From positions 62,001-126,000 of the forward strand of contig MU057809.1 of NCBI GenBank assembly GCA_013265495.1: a stretch of 64,000 nucleotides of DNA. The letters run 5' to 3'. Numbering within the stretch: the first letter of the stretch is position 1; each line of letters starts with the position of its first letter. Source of the stretch: Vicugna vicugna (taxonomy: Eukaryota). A program made the translations under genes and the position numbers. Positions 12,251-23,139 of this stretch are shown here, in pieces. Under the pieces are notes generated by a model. That model worked only from the letters and a program-made list of their open reading frames with translations. It was not told the DNA's origin and did no database searches.

Positions 12251-14049
12251 TGAATTTAAGAAGCTCAAAGTTATTTTCATAAAGACAATTTCTCTATTTG
12301 CCCCTACCCATGCTGTGGTTCAAAAGCAAGTTTTACTTCCTTTTAAAATCTCCTTTCCGTACCGTAAGTGAAAATACAAGGTCCTAGGGTAGTTGGCTGG
12401 TGGAAGATGAAACACCCCCTTTCAACAGCCCAGGACGGCCCTAAACGTGCTGGTAAGGAATGGTCTCTAAATTAAGGCAACAACGGTGAGACAACAAGGA
12501 GCACTGCACTGTGTGCAGAACGCACCATGTATCAAAGGAGGAGAGAGGGAGCGGCCCACTTGCTTTTATATGCATGAGATATTTCTAGGTTACAAAAGCA
12601 ACTGGACAGAGTGGTGGCCTCTGGAGGGGGGACCTGTGTGACTGAGGGGCCAGAGTGGGAAGTCAGGCTGTGTCTTTTGGTACCTCTGTGCACATACCAC
12701 CTGGTCAGTAACACAACTCAGCTGAGACTAATTCTCAGGTCAGGGGCCCGACTGACACAGGGTGATGGTCTTGGCGCCTAAGTGAGCACACCTGTTTCTT
12801 CTATACAACCGGAGCCCCATTCCAGGGAGGGATGCTCAGGGTGTCAGAGCGGAAGTTTTACCGACAGGTCGTCTTGTTGAGAAATGACAATGCAGAGACT
12901 CGTATCCAAGTGTTCACAGCAGCTTTATTCAGTGCTAAACTGGACATAACCCACATGTCCATCAGCAATTATGAATGGACAAACCTGCAGTACACACACG
13001 ACGGCACCGCACTGCAGCGGGAGCGGCTCTGACACCAGGCTGAATGAAGGAGGCCAGACGTCAGAGGGCGTACCATACGAGTCCTTCTACGTGCACTTCT
13101 AGAACAGGCAAAGCTGTTCCACGGTTCTTTTTGCATCACTGAATCAGTCACAGATATTTAGGGACCTGCTGTGAATTTTGTGTGAACTTTTCCATAATTC
13201 AAAGTATCAAAACATCAAAAACAATCACTGATGGAGTTTGGAAGGCAAAAGCTAAGACTCCTCCAGGCAAGAGTAGGGAGAGTGGTGTCGCCTCACTGAA
13301 GGCTGGCCTCTCGACTATCAGTCGCCTTACGACTAAACTGGAAGATTAAATTTTCTCCAAAGACAAATTTTTCTTCCTGATATGCCCCCACATTCCAGGA
13401 TTCTCTAAACAGCCAGCGACAGACCCCCAGGCATTGCTTATGTGATGTCAGACAAGAGAAGAAATGACTGGATGCGACTCAGGGTGGTGGGGGGGTGGAG
13501 GGGCTATGGGTTTGTTTTCTATTTTCCAGACTTGAGTCATTCCTGATTTTAGACGCATTTTTAGAGGTCACAGGCAGTGCTGTACAGGCAACAATTAATC
13601 AGTATCTCAGAAGGCAGGCTGTGGCCTCCACTCACAAGTTACCCACTCAGCCGCTCTCCTTTGACCTAAGCACGTCCTTGACCTTGACCGCCCCCCCGGG
13701 GGGTGAAAGCCTCTTTCCTGTAAGCAAGTGGTGGCTTCAGGAGCTGGCTGGGACACTGAGGCCTGGAACCCGTCCCAAAGGCAAGACACCTTCTCGTCTG
13801 TCCTCAGGCGTCTGCGCAGGGTTTTCTTAGCCTTGGAAAGCCCAATTCGAGGAGGCAAAGTAGCGCCCGTTGTGGGCTGGCAACAGACGGTAACCGAAGA
13901 CGAAGATCCTACGCAGGAGCCAAGGCGCTCTCCTCCTGGCCCAGCTGCTGGCTCTTTTACCCTCCAGGACTCCACGTTACTCCCTTCCTACGTCCACTGC
14001 TCAGGAGTGAGTGGTGGTTTGGGCAGAGGCTGAGAGCGAAGACAAGGGG

Positions 14050-15350
14050 TGAACACGGCGATGCAGACGGGGCGGGGGCGGCGTGGGGGGCGGACAGCGG
14101 GCGGGCACCGGCGCCGCCCCCGGCTCCCGGGGTCTCCGGCACTTACGCCGCCGGCACGTCCATCCTCAGGACCAGTCGCGCTGGGTCTGATACAGCACGC
14201 ACGTCGGCGCCGCCGCTCGGCGCCACCCGCCGGAACGACCCTCCTGAGAGGGCTTCGCTCCCCCTGCGACGCGGCCTCGGCCGCGTCGGCAGCACCACGG
14301 CGCGTGGACGCGCTCCGGCCTGAACCGCCCGCGTTACTAACGCGCTGGGACCAGGCGCCGCCTCACGCACACACCGCTCCGAGCGCCTGACGGCACCGAC
14401 GGCACAAGCACGGAGCGGGGTCCGCGTCTCCCCGCGGCGCGGCGCCGGGGCTCCTCAGACGCCGGCCGCCCGCCCCGCAGGCGGCTGCTCCGTGCGCTCC
14501 CGCCCGCACGGCCGGCGCGCGGCCTCCCCGGACCGCAGACGCCGCCTGCCGTCGCGCGAACAGGAAGCGCGGCTCTCGGCGTCCGCGGGCCCGGCGGGCG
14601 CCCTCGTCGGGGACCGCTCCTGGCGCCGCCTCCCCGCCTCCGAGCCGCCGGCGGCCTCCCACGGTCCGCCCGGCCGCGAAAGCGAGGCGCGCACACGCCC
14701 GAGCCGGCCCGGCCAGCCGCCCTCCCAGCCGCCCGGGCGGACATGCGCAGAAGCGCCCGCGGCGGTGCGCGCCCGGCGGGCCTGACTGCTGGGCTCGGGT
14801 CACGTGGCCGCGGCCCGCGGCTGCCCCTCCCGCCGCGACGCGAGCCGCCGCGCTTCCGGCCGCGAGTGGCCTGTCCGCGCACGACAGTGTCGCTGTTCTC
14901 CGGGTGAGGAGCGGAGCCAGAGCCGTCGTCACGTGGGCCCGCGGGCCACCCAGTCTTTTCAGCTGAGTCGCTGACACCTGTTCTGCTTAAGCCCGTTGAG
15001 CGGCGCCTTCTCTAACTTGCAAAACAGATTGCGTCCGAATGGAAACAGCGACAAGTACCGACCCGGCCGACCGGGGCGGAACCCGCGTGTCATAGCTGAG
15101 CGTGTGTCTGAGCAAGGAGGCCTCCGGGCCGCGGGGGCCAGCGCCCCTTCCCCTGGCTGGGGCTCCCCTCCCTCCGTCCTTCTCTCTCCGGAGACGGGAG
15201 GGACCGGTGCCCGCGAGTGGGGAGGGAGGGGAGCGGTGCTCATAAAATGCAGCCCCTGCCGCTGGCGACGAGTCCCCCCTCCTCCGGTGACGCCCTGAGG
15301 CCCGCCGTGCACCCCGGCACCGGCTCTGCACCCCAGCACCGCCGGGGAGT
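14050..15350. promoter_or_regulatory. CpG island, probable distal or alternative promoter
   Basis: Very high GC and CpG density; GTCACGTGG E-boxes at 14799-14807 and 14928-14936; ETS motif CTTCCGG at 14853-14859; + strand donor CGG|gtgagg after 14903. Confidence 0.8.
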
Positions 15351-15719
15351 CCTGGCACAAAGAGGCCACCCTGCGTGCTGTAAGCAGCATCCTTCCTGCA
15401 GGGAGGAGTGGGGAACGGGGAGAACCTTTCTCCGAGACCAGGGGTGGGAGAGGAGGGCGGGAGTGCCCCTCCTCGCCGCGCCCTCCTTCCCTTCCCTCTT
15501 GCCTGCTGTAGAAAGTGCCCCAGGCCAGCCAATGCGTGTAAACGGGCATCTTATAGAAGTGGCCGGTTCCAGGGCTAGGGCAGGGAGAAAGAGGAGATGA
15601 GCCTGGAATGTTCTGTGCTGCTAGACAGTAAGGAATTGCTCCAAAAAAGAACGAGGCGTGTAGACGGGACTCGGGAGCCAACCTGAAGGAGCTCCTAATG
15701 GCCAAAGCTGAAACACTAT

Positions 15720-16348
15720 TGATGCAGGAAAAACAGACGTGGGGCATGAGGAGGGCCGTGTCCCAGGCTTCAGTTGAGCCCCTGGGACGTGCCCCGCCAA
15801 GTGTGGGTCCTTGGCTTCACCCAGGAAAGAATTCAAGAGCAAGCCACTGCTGAGTAAAGGTAGATTTATTTAGAAAGATATGTTGAAGCGCAAGAGAAAG
15901 GCCACCCATGAGGTATAGGGGTTGGGTGCTAAGATCAGAGTAAAAGTAGGTACACACTCCACAGAGTGCGGGCCATCTCCAAAGGCCGAGAGAGGGTGGC
16001 CTCTGGGAAGCATGCTGTTGCCAGTCTTTATGGGCTCAGTGGCTTCATATGCTAATAAATGAAAGGACCAGTCTAGCCTGGGGAAGGAGCTGGGATTCCC
16101 AGGAAGTTGGCCTTTTCCCACTCTGACCTTCTGTGTCTAGCCTTGGGACTGCCATGGCGCCTGCAGGCATGTTATTTACCATGCTGATATATTACAGTGG
16201 GCATATAATGGAGCTCAAGATCTGCTAGAAGTTAAATCTCTCATCATCTTGAGCCTCAAGGCCTACTGGGGGTTGAATTTTTCACCATTTTGATGTTAAT
16301 TGCTGCATCATTCCTTGAATGGCTGTGCCTTGTCCCCTTCCTGTCTCA
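15720..16348 (-). mobile_element. Solo ERV LTR (ERV1-like), 629 bp
   Basis: TG...CA termini with imperfect inverted repeat TGATGCAGGAA / TTCCTGTCTCA; 4-bp flanks ctat/gtat; minus-strand AATAAA at 15865-15870. Confidence 0.8.
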
Positions 16349-16380
16349 GTATGAGCAGCAAAATTAATAATAATACTATA

Positions 16381-16530
16381 GAGGGGAGGGTGTAGCTTGG
16401 TGGTGGAGTGTGTGCTTGGCATGCACCCAAGGTCCTATGTTCAATCCCCAGTACCACCGTTAAATAAATACATGAATAAACCTAATTACCTTTCCCCCAA
16501 AATTAAAAATAAATAAACAAATTTTACAAA
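16381..16530 (+). mobile_element. tRNA-derived SINE (camelid Vic-1-like)
   Basis: ggggagggtgtagct A-box, gttcaatccccagtacc B-box, A-rich tail; TSD ataataatactat / ataaaaatactat. Confidence 0.88.
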
Positions 16531-16544
16531 ATAAAAATACTATC

Positions 16545-17670
16545 GTATTGTGACTTAGAGAAAAGCATAAATATCCATGAGCTCATGTGATACAGAGAAA
16601 ACAGGTAAGTGGGGAAAGAAGGGCAGCCCTCTTACAGAAATACTCCAGTAGGTTTAATAGGAATGAGGGAAACAGAAGATCAACATCAGGCGAACACTAC
16701 AGCAATGATTGTCGAAAACAAGGTCTGCTGATGGGTTCTGAGATGAGTGGGCAAGAGTTTTGAGACAGATTATTTTGTTGCTTCTGGTATCTCCCTCAAG
16801 ATATTTATCAATTCCAAGGGGACAAATAGTGACTGCGTAGTGGAGGAACTTGACCCAAACACCTTGACCGAGTGGTTAAGGTATAAGAACAGCATGTACC
16901 CCTGACACGATGCCCTGAGAAAGACTCATTGGTTCTCTTGCCAAAAAGGGACAGCCTCAGTCTAATCATTGGACAACCTCAGACAAACCCGAACAAGGAC
17001 ATCCTACAACACAACAGAGGAGTATCCTTAAAAAATGCCAAGCTCCTGAACGATAAGGAGATTCTGAGGCACTGTCCCAGTTTGGAGGAGTCTAAGGGGA
17101 TGTGACAACTGAATGCAATGTGGGATTCTAGGCTGACCAGCACCAGGAAGAAGATATGAGTGGGAAAACATGAACTCTGAATAAAGTCTGTAGTTTAGTT
17201 GACGGTGTTTGATACAGGCTGAACATTTGTGTCCCCCCAAAATTCGTACGTTGAAATCTAATCCCCAGTGTGATGGCATTTGGAGCCGGGAGCCTTGGGA
17301 GGTGACTGGGTCATGTGGGTGGAACCCTCGTGAATGGGATCAGTGCCCTAATAAGAGAGACTACAGAGAGCTGGCTTGTCCCGTCCACCACAGTGAGGAC
17401 ACAGAATTTGGCCGCCTGTGAGCCAGACAGTGGGCTATCCCCAGGCACCAGATCCGCTGATGCCTTGGTTTTGGACTTCCAGCCTCCAGAACTGTGAGAA
17501 ACGGATGTCTGTCAGACGCCAGCCTGTGTTGTTTCGTTACACCAACCCAAATGCACTAGGACAGTATTGCGCCAGAAGTGATTTCCTGCTTTGATGTTCA
17601 TAGCATCATTAGGAGAAACCAGACAAAGGGTACGCAGGAAACCCCTACATTATTTTGCAAAATACAAGTG
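16545..17670 (+). mobile_element. Old L1MC-type 3' end interrupted by an MLT1A LTR
   Basis: gacaactgaatgcaatgtgggattct...gaataaagtctgtagtttagtt motif resumes after the LTR. Confidence 0.6.
17210..17563 (+). mobile_element. MLT1A-type MaLR solo LTR
   Basis: Starts tgatacaggctgaa, contains ttggacttccagcctccagaactgtgaga, ends ctaggaca; 5-bp flanks gtgtt/gtatt. Confidence 0.88.
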
Positions 17671-18599
17671 CGCTAGGGTGAATTCACCTCCCTCGGGCTG
17701 GTTGAGCAGGGGACCTTCAGCAACGAGGCTGACTCTTGAGTCTCAGAAAGGAGCAGGCTAGTGACAGGCTCAGGTGGACACCCTTTGTGGCACCTCAGCA
17801 GCCCCAGCCTGTCTGTATTGGCTTGGCGGGCACAAATGCCCCGAGCAGACAAACTTGGCAAGTTGGAGGAACAGCGAGGAGGCCAGGTCAGGTTGCTGAT
17901 GGGTGAGCTAGGGGAGGGTGGAGGAGGGTTTGGACAGATGGCAGAAGCCAGAGCTTCAGGACCACATCCGGTGAGGAGGGTAGAGAGGGTATCTCCTATG
18001 CCTCCACGTCTCCTCCCACCTCCATTTAATATAATCCTGTTATTCTTTTAGGTTTTCCTCGTGTGCCCATGTAGCATGAAACAGTACACAGTGCCTAACC
18101 CTCTGTGTCCTGTCCCAGCAGCTTCGGATGGCGTCGCTGTTCTTTCCCACCGTGGAAAGTAGGGACCCCGTCTGTCCTCTGCCTCTCCCCCTCCCACCAC
18201 GCCCAGCCGACGTCACCTAGACTTGTGCTTAAACATGGTCAAGGTTGCTCTTGATCATTAGAACGGGTTGAAAATACTGACTTTGTCATGCTTTGCTTGT
18301 AGATTGATTTGCTTGTAGATTGTAGGAGCCCAGAAGGCCAGCTTTTCCCCCTGGAATTGTCTGCTTTGGAGCCCTGGCCCCTTTGCTGTCCTGGCCCGCT
18401 GCTGGCCAGCCCAGCGGACATTGTCCACCACCCTCCAGCCCGGCCCCGGCCCACTGGTCCCACACTCCATTCCTGGTTTCCCTCCGCGTGTGCCAAAGGC
18501 ATGATAGGCACACCCTTGGGAAGCGATGTCTTTGCGTGTCTACGAAGGCCTTAGGTTTGCCCTCGTAGCTGGGCACCGCCCTTCTAGATCCTGGATTTG

Positions 18600-19660
18600 T
18601 CCTCAGAATGTGGAAGGCACAGCTCTGTTATTAAATTGCTGGGGCAGTTTGATGGCCATTCTGGAGGAATCACAAGTTGTATCTCTAGATGCTTTTAAGA
18701 CCTTTTCTTTATTCCTCATACTCTGAAATTTCACAGTAACACATCTAGATGGGGATCTTTTTCTTCATTCACCCTTCTCTGTGCTTGAGGGGCCCTTCCA
18801 TTTTATACGATCTTTTTGTCTTCACGAACTTTCTTTGTTTTCTCTTCCTTGATTCTGAACCTTCTGTGTCCGTGAGGTTGAGCACCATGGACAGATCCCC
18901 GGCGAGTTGGGCAGTTTCTCACCTGTTTTCTTCTCCCCTTCCTCCTCCTTTTCTTGTTGGGTCCTCTTTTCTATGTCCCGAGAGACTTACTTGGCTATAT
19001 TGTCTAAGTTTTCTACTGACCTTTTTATTTCTACCTTTTACTTTTTAAGTCTCTGTTTCATTAAACAGACTTTCTGGAGATTTAATTTATGTGCAATGAA
19101 ATGATTCCATTTTTAGTGTGTATTTTGCTGAGTTTTGACAAGTATGTACAGCTGTGTAATTGGCACCACTTCAAGATGCAGAACATTCCCCCTAGCCCCG
19201 GATGCTTCCGGCGCCCTCCCCAGTCAAACCCCACTCCACACCGGGCCCTGGGCAGCCGCTGACCTGCTTGTGCTGCTCCGGTTAGAGCGCCATTTCTGGA
19301 TTGCCGTGCGCAGCAGTGTTTCTGTGCTTGTCCGCGTTTCTTCATGTCTCAGTTGTTCGCTCCATCTTATTGCTGAGTCAGAGTCCGTTGCACGGATATG
19401 TGACAGTTATTCTCTCATTGCGTCAGTTGAGGGACATTTGGGGTTTCCAGTTCGGTTTTGAATGATGCTGCTACAAACATTCGTGTACAAGTCTCCATGT
19501 GGACAGGTTTCCATTTCGCCTGGGCAAACACCCAAGGGTGGACCCGCTGGATCACCTGGCATCATATGTTGAATTACGCAGTAAATGGCTGCCTCGTTTC
19601 CCAAGTAACTGTACCATCTGGCACTCCCACCAGAACGTGAGGGAGTCCTGCCTGTGTCGA
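18600..19660 (-). mobile_element. Old L1M fragments
   Basis: T-rich antisense L1 motifs (ggacatttggggtttccagtt, gctgctacaaacattcgtgtacaagtct). Confidence 0.65.
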
Positions 19661-20720
19661 AGCTTTCGTGTCGCCTGACGTGGTCAGAACTCACTGGATT
19701 TTCCCCGTAGCTCAGTCCCCTTGGCAGGCCTCTCTCCCACATAGAAAGGTTGGCAGGAGCACCCTGTCCCCGGGGGGAGTTGACTAGGTGCCTGGCTGCG
19801 TTTCCTGGGAGGAGCTGTTGGAGACCCTCCCAGGAGCCAGACCAAGAAAGGAACCTCTCGGAGAGCACAGACCTGCTCTAGAAGCCCTCCCACGCCATTT
19901 GCTTGACTTCTTTGGACAAGAGAGACCAGGGGGCAGAGCCAGCGCCAGCTGCTCTGTGACCTGGGTGCAGGCAGGAGCAGTTGTTCAGCCTGAGCTCCAG
20001 GTAATCCCGCAGTGCCAGCCCACGCCCAGCCTGCGGGTCTGAGCCTCTGCAACCTCAGGAAAGACCCCTTCCGGCCCCCCGTGCCTATTCTGGATGCTCC
20101 CCTCCCTCCCCACGTGCGGAATTCTCTCCTCTGCTGATGCCCCTCCTCCTGCCCCCCACCCCGTCCCCCAGCCTCAGGCGAGAAGAGAAGGAACTGGCCA
20201 TGCTCAGCTCCTCTCCCACACCGAGGCCCTGGCTCTGTCTGTGGGGATGGGGACCTCCACAGGCGTGGAGCCGGAGGAGCAGACAGGACAGCGTGTATGG
20301 TGGCCACAGCCACCGTGGACAGAGAAGGCGCCGGAGTAGACATTCAGAGGTGGGTGGGATTGAAGTGACCTGTGGGTCACTGTCTTGTATTTTCTAAAAC
20401 ACTGTCTTGTATTTTCTACACGGGGTGACGAGTGTGGCGGTCCGCTCAGTGGCCGAGCCCCCGGTCGTGGAGTCACTTGGAGCCGGCCTGGTTCTGAGTT
20501 TTCAGGTGTTAGACCAGTGCTTCCCTGCAGGGCCGGCTTGGACCGGCCATCTCTCCGCCACAGCAGCCTCGTCGCCTGGGGCTGTGAAACAGAGCAGGAC
20601 CTGGGGGGGTCCTCTCTGGTACAAGTCCTTTCCCAGCCCCCGTTTCTTATTCGTGGGAAATAGACTTCATGCAGCTTCCTTGGCCTTCCCCGAGTTCCAA
20701 GGGCAGATTCAGACAGTTGC

Positions 20721-21099
20721 TGTTCAGGGAAGGGAGGGAGGCAGAGACCAGGGAGGACCAGTCAGGAAACAGTGCAGCCTGGGGCAGGTCCTGGTTCCTC
20801 TGCAGGAACTGAGCCCCCACCCCGGGTGGAGGGTGCTGACTTCAGGCTGAGCACAGATTCCTGGAGCCCTGCCCGGTTACCTCCCCACCAGCCAGTCAGT
20901 AGGAAGTCACACACCAGCAGCCCTCAGTCCACATTTTCCTACAAAACTTCTCCCCAAAACCATGGGGAGCTCGGGCCTTTGAGCACACGCCGCCTGTCCT
21001 CCTTGCCTGGCCCTGCAGTGACCCTTTCCCTGCTCCACACACCGCCCTTTCTCTTTGGCCTCATGGAGTGCTGGACACACGGACTTCTGTTCCGTAACA
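20721..21099 (+). mobile_element. Decayed LTR (MER74-like)
   Basis: tgtt...taaca ends and a U5-like gggagctcgggcctttgagca...ccttgcctggccctgca motif; family assignment from memory. Confidence 0.5.
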
Positions 21100-21419
21100 G
21101 CTGTTCTGGGGCGCAGTGAGGCTACACGCGCCCAGGGCCACACAGTGCTCGGGAGACATGCACTGTTACTGCTCTTTTTGTTTAAGACCAAAACCAAACA
21201 GCAAACAACTGAGATGGTCCAGCTGCAGGCTAACAGCTCTCTGGGCACCCTCCCGGGGCGGGGGGACTGCACAGGTGCTGCGGCAGCTGGACGGCTCGGC
21301 CACTGTGGAAAGAGCGGCTCATTGTGGGGGGCACTGGGCTCTGGAGACTGCCGAGAAGAGTTAGCATTGCACACTCCACGTGTGGAACCTGAGTGTTTCT
21401 GATGGCTCCATTAGAGACT

Positions 21420-21590
21420 GGAAAGAAACGGGAAACTCAGGTGGACAATGCACCTTATTTCACCCACCGTATACAAGTTATTTCACTTCAGTATGAAATT
21501 GAGATATATCATATTCTTTTTTTCACACCAAGTCTTCAAAATCTGATGCCTGTTTCACTCACGCAGCACATCTCCATGCCGATGAGCAGG
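21420..21590. mobile_element. MER33-like hAT MITE fragment
   Basis: gagatat...ttttttcacaccaagtcttcaaaatctg...cagcacatctc motif, also present at about 31.2 kb. Confidence 0.6.
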
Positions 21591-21936
21591 ACTGCCACCA
21601 TCGTGGTTTACTCGGGACTGCCCGGTTCCGCTTCTGCGAGTCCCGAGTCCCAGGAAACCCACAGGGGATGCGAACAGTGCCGGGTGTCCTGGCAGGTGTG
21701 GAAGTTGGGAAAGTACACCATGCCTGTGTGCCCGCAGTTTTCAGTGCCCGACAGCTGGGGCCGGGACCGTCTGCTTCCACAGTCCTGCCCTGATGGCGAG
21801 ACCACGATCCCTGGCCCTCAGTAACGGGGCCCCTGCTGTTGCACTGCCGAGATGTGCACGACGCGTTCTTGCAGTCCTAGCTTTACCTGTGGATTCTCTG
21901 TTGTGCTTTGTGCGAAGATGGCACTGCTTGATTTTT

Positions 21937-22039
21937 CTTTCTTTTTTTTAACCTTTTTTTATTGAGTTATAGTCATTTTACAATGTTGTGTCAAATTCCA
22001 GTGTAGAGCACAATGTTTCAGTTATACATGAACGGCAGG
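21937..22039 (-). mobile_element. Short 5'-truncated young L1 3' end
   Basis: poly-T followed by attgagttatagtcattttacaatgttgtgtcaaattccagtgtagagcacaat; 11-bp TSD gcttgattttt (21926-21936) / gcttaattttt (22040-22050). Confidence 0.85.
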
Positions 22040-22952
22040 GCTTAATTTTTCACCTACTGAAGATGGTGACCTTGTTTCTAAGAGTCCAAATCATGAAAAG
22101 GAGAACGTTGACAATACCAGCCCCACAGTGATCCAGACGTCCTGGAAGAGGAGGATGAAGGAGCGTTACTCGCCATGGAAGGACACACACATCTGGATGA
22201 GGGGGGTTAGCAACCCCAACAGCGTCCTGCACAATGTGCTTAAGAGAACTGGGGAGGAGGCTGAGGGGGTGAGGGCGGGCGTAAAAAAAGTGGGGAGGGG
22301 TGGTGGGGGTGAAGGCAGGTGCCAGGAAAGTCCTTCTAAACCAGCCACAACTTCTTGTCTCCCAGAAGCCACAGATGTTCTGTCGCAAACCCCGGTCGCT
22401 GGGTAGCTCGGGGACGCACTGTCCCTCCGTCACCTTCTCAGCTGAATAAAGTGACATTTGCTCACTCGAGGCCAGAACTCAGGTTTTGATGAGAGAGTGT
22501 AGGGGCGGCCGTCAGATCTCTCGCGATGGCACATGGACTGTTTCCCGAGGTGACACCCCCTCCCAGCCACAGAGCAGTGCTCCTGCAGCTCTTTGCTGCT
22601 TCGAGTGGAAGAAAGGAGTTTCTAATCATCTTCTCAATGTCTGCGGAGCTTCTAATAAGACTGCAGAAAACATAAAATAAAGATTGTCGAGACCTTGTCT
22701 GAAGAGGAAATGACTGTGCTCATCCACCTGTGGCTTTGGTGTCGATGCAGAGGTAAGTTCTGGCAAACTCGATGCAGCCGGTTCTCTCTTGTGACCAAAG
22801 GTAAAGATCTTACCTGCTGAGTGTCCTCCAGCCCGGCACACACCTTGCCAGCACAGTGAGCCCTGCCCACCCGAGATACTGGGGTTTTCACAGGGAAGGT
22901 TTGGGTCACCTTTCACTCCTTAGATTTCTGACTTTTTAGAAATGGAAGGAGA

Positions 22953-23139
22953 CAAGGTACTAACTGCGGAGCACAGGGAACTATATTCAGTTTCTTGAAA
23001 TAACATGTAATGGAAAAGACTGTGAGAAGAAAAAAATATATAGTATGTAAACGCATAACTGAATCGCTTTGCTGTACACCTGAAACACATTGTAAATCAA
23101 CTACACTTCAATTAAGAAAAAATAAGAATTAGAAATAAA
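22953..23139 (+). mobile_element. Artiodactyl-type L1 3' end
   Basis: agcacagggaactatattca...actgaatcgctttgctgtacacctgaaac...ttgtaaatcaactacacttcaat plus A tail; degenerate TSD agaaatggaaggaga / aggaacgggaggaga. Confidence 0.85.

Noticed and set aside
14337..15747. Several overlapping 180-260 aa ORFs on the minus strand
   Set aside because: Arg/Gly/Pro/Ala-rich products expected from stop-poor CpG-island DNA
18292..18323. Short tandem duplication tttgcttgtagattg x2 (similar 12-bp duplication near 62036-62062)
   Set aside because: Ordinary slippage events with no evidence of function
19900..20350. Possible additional upstream dynein-like pseudo-exons
   Set aside because: Resemblance too weak and frame-hopping to support by eye; left out of the pseudogene call pending a search
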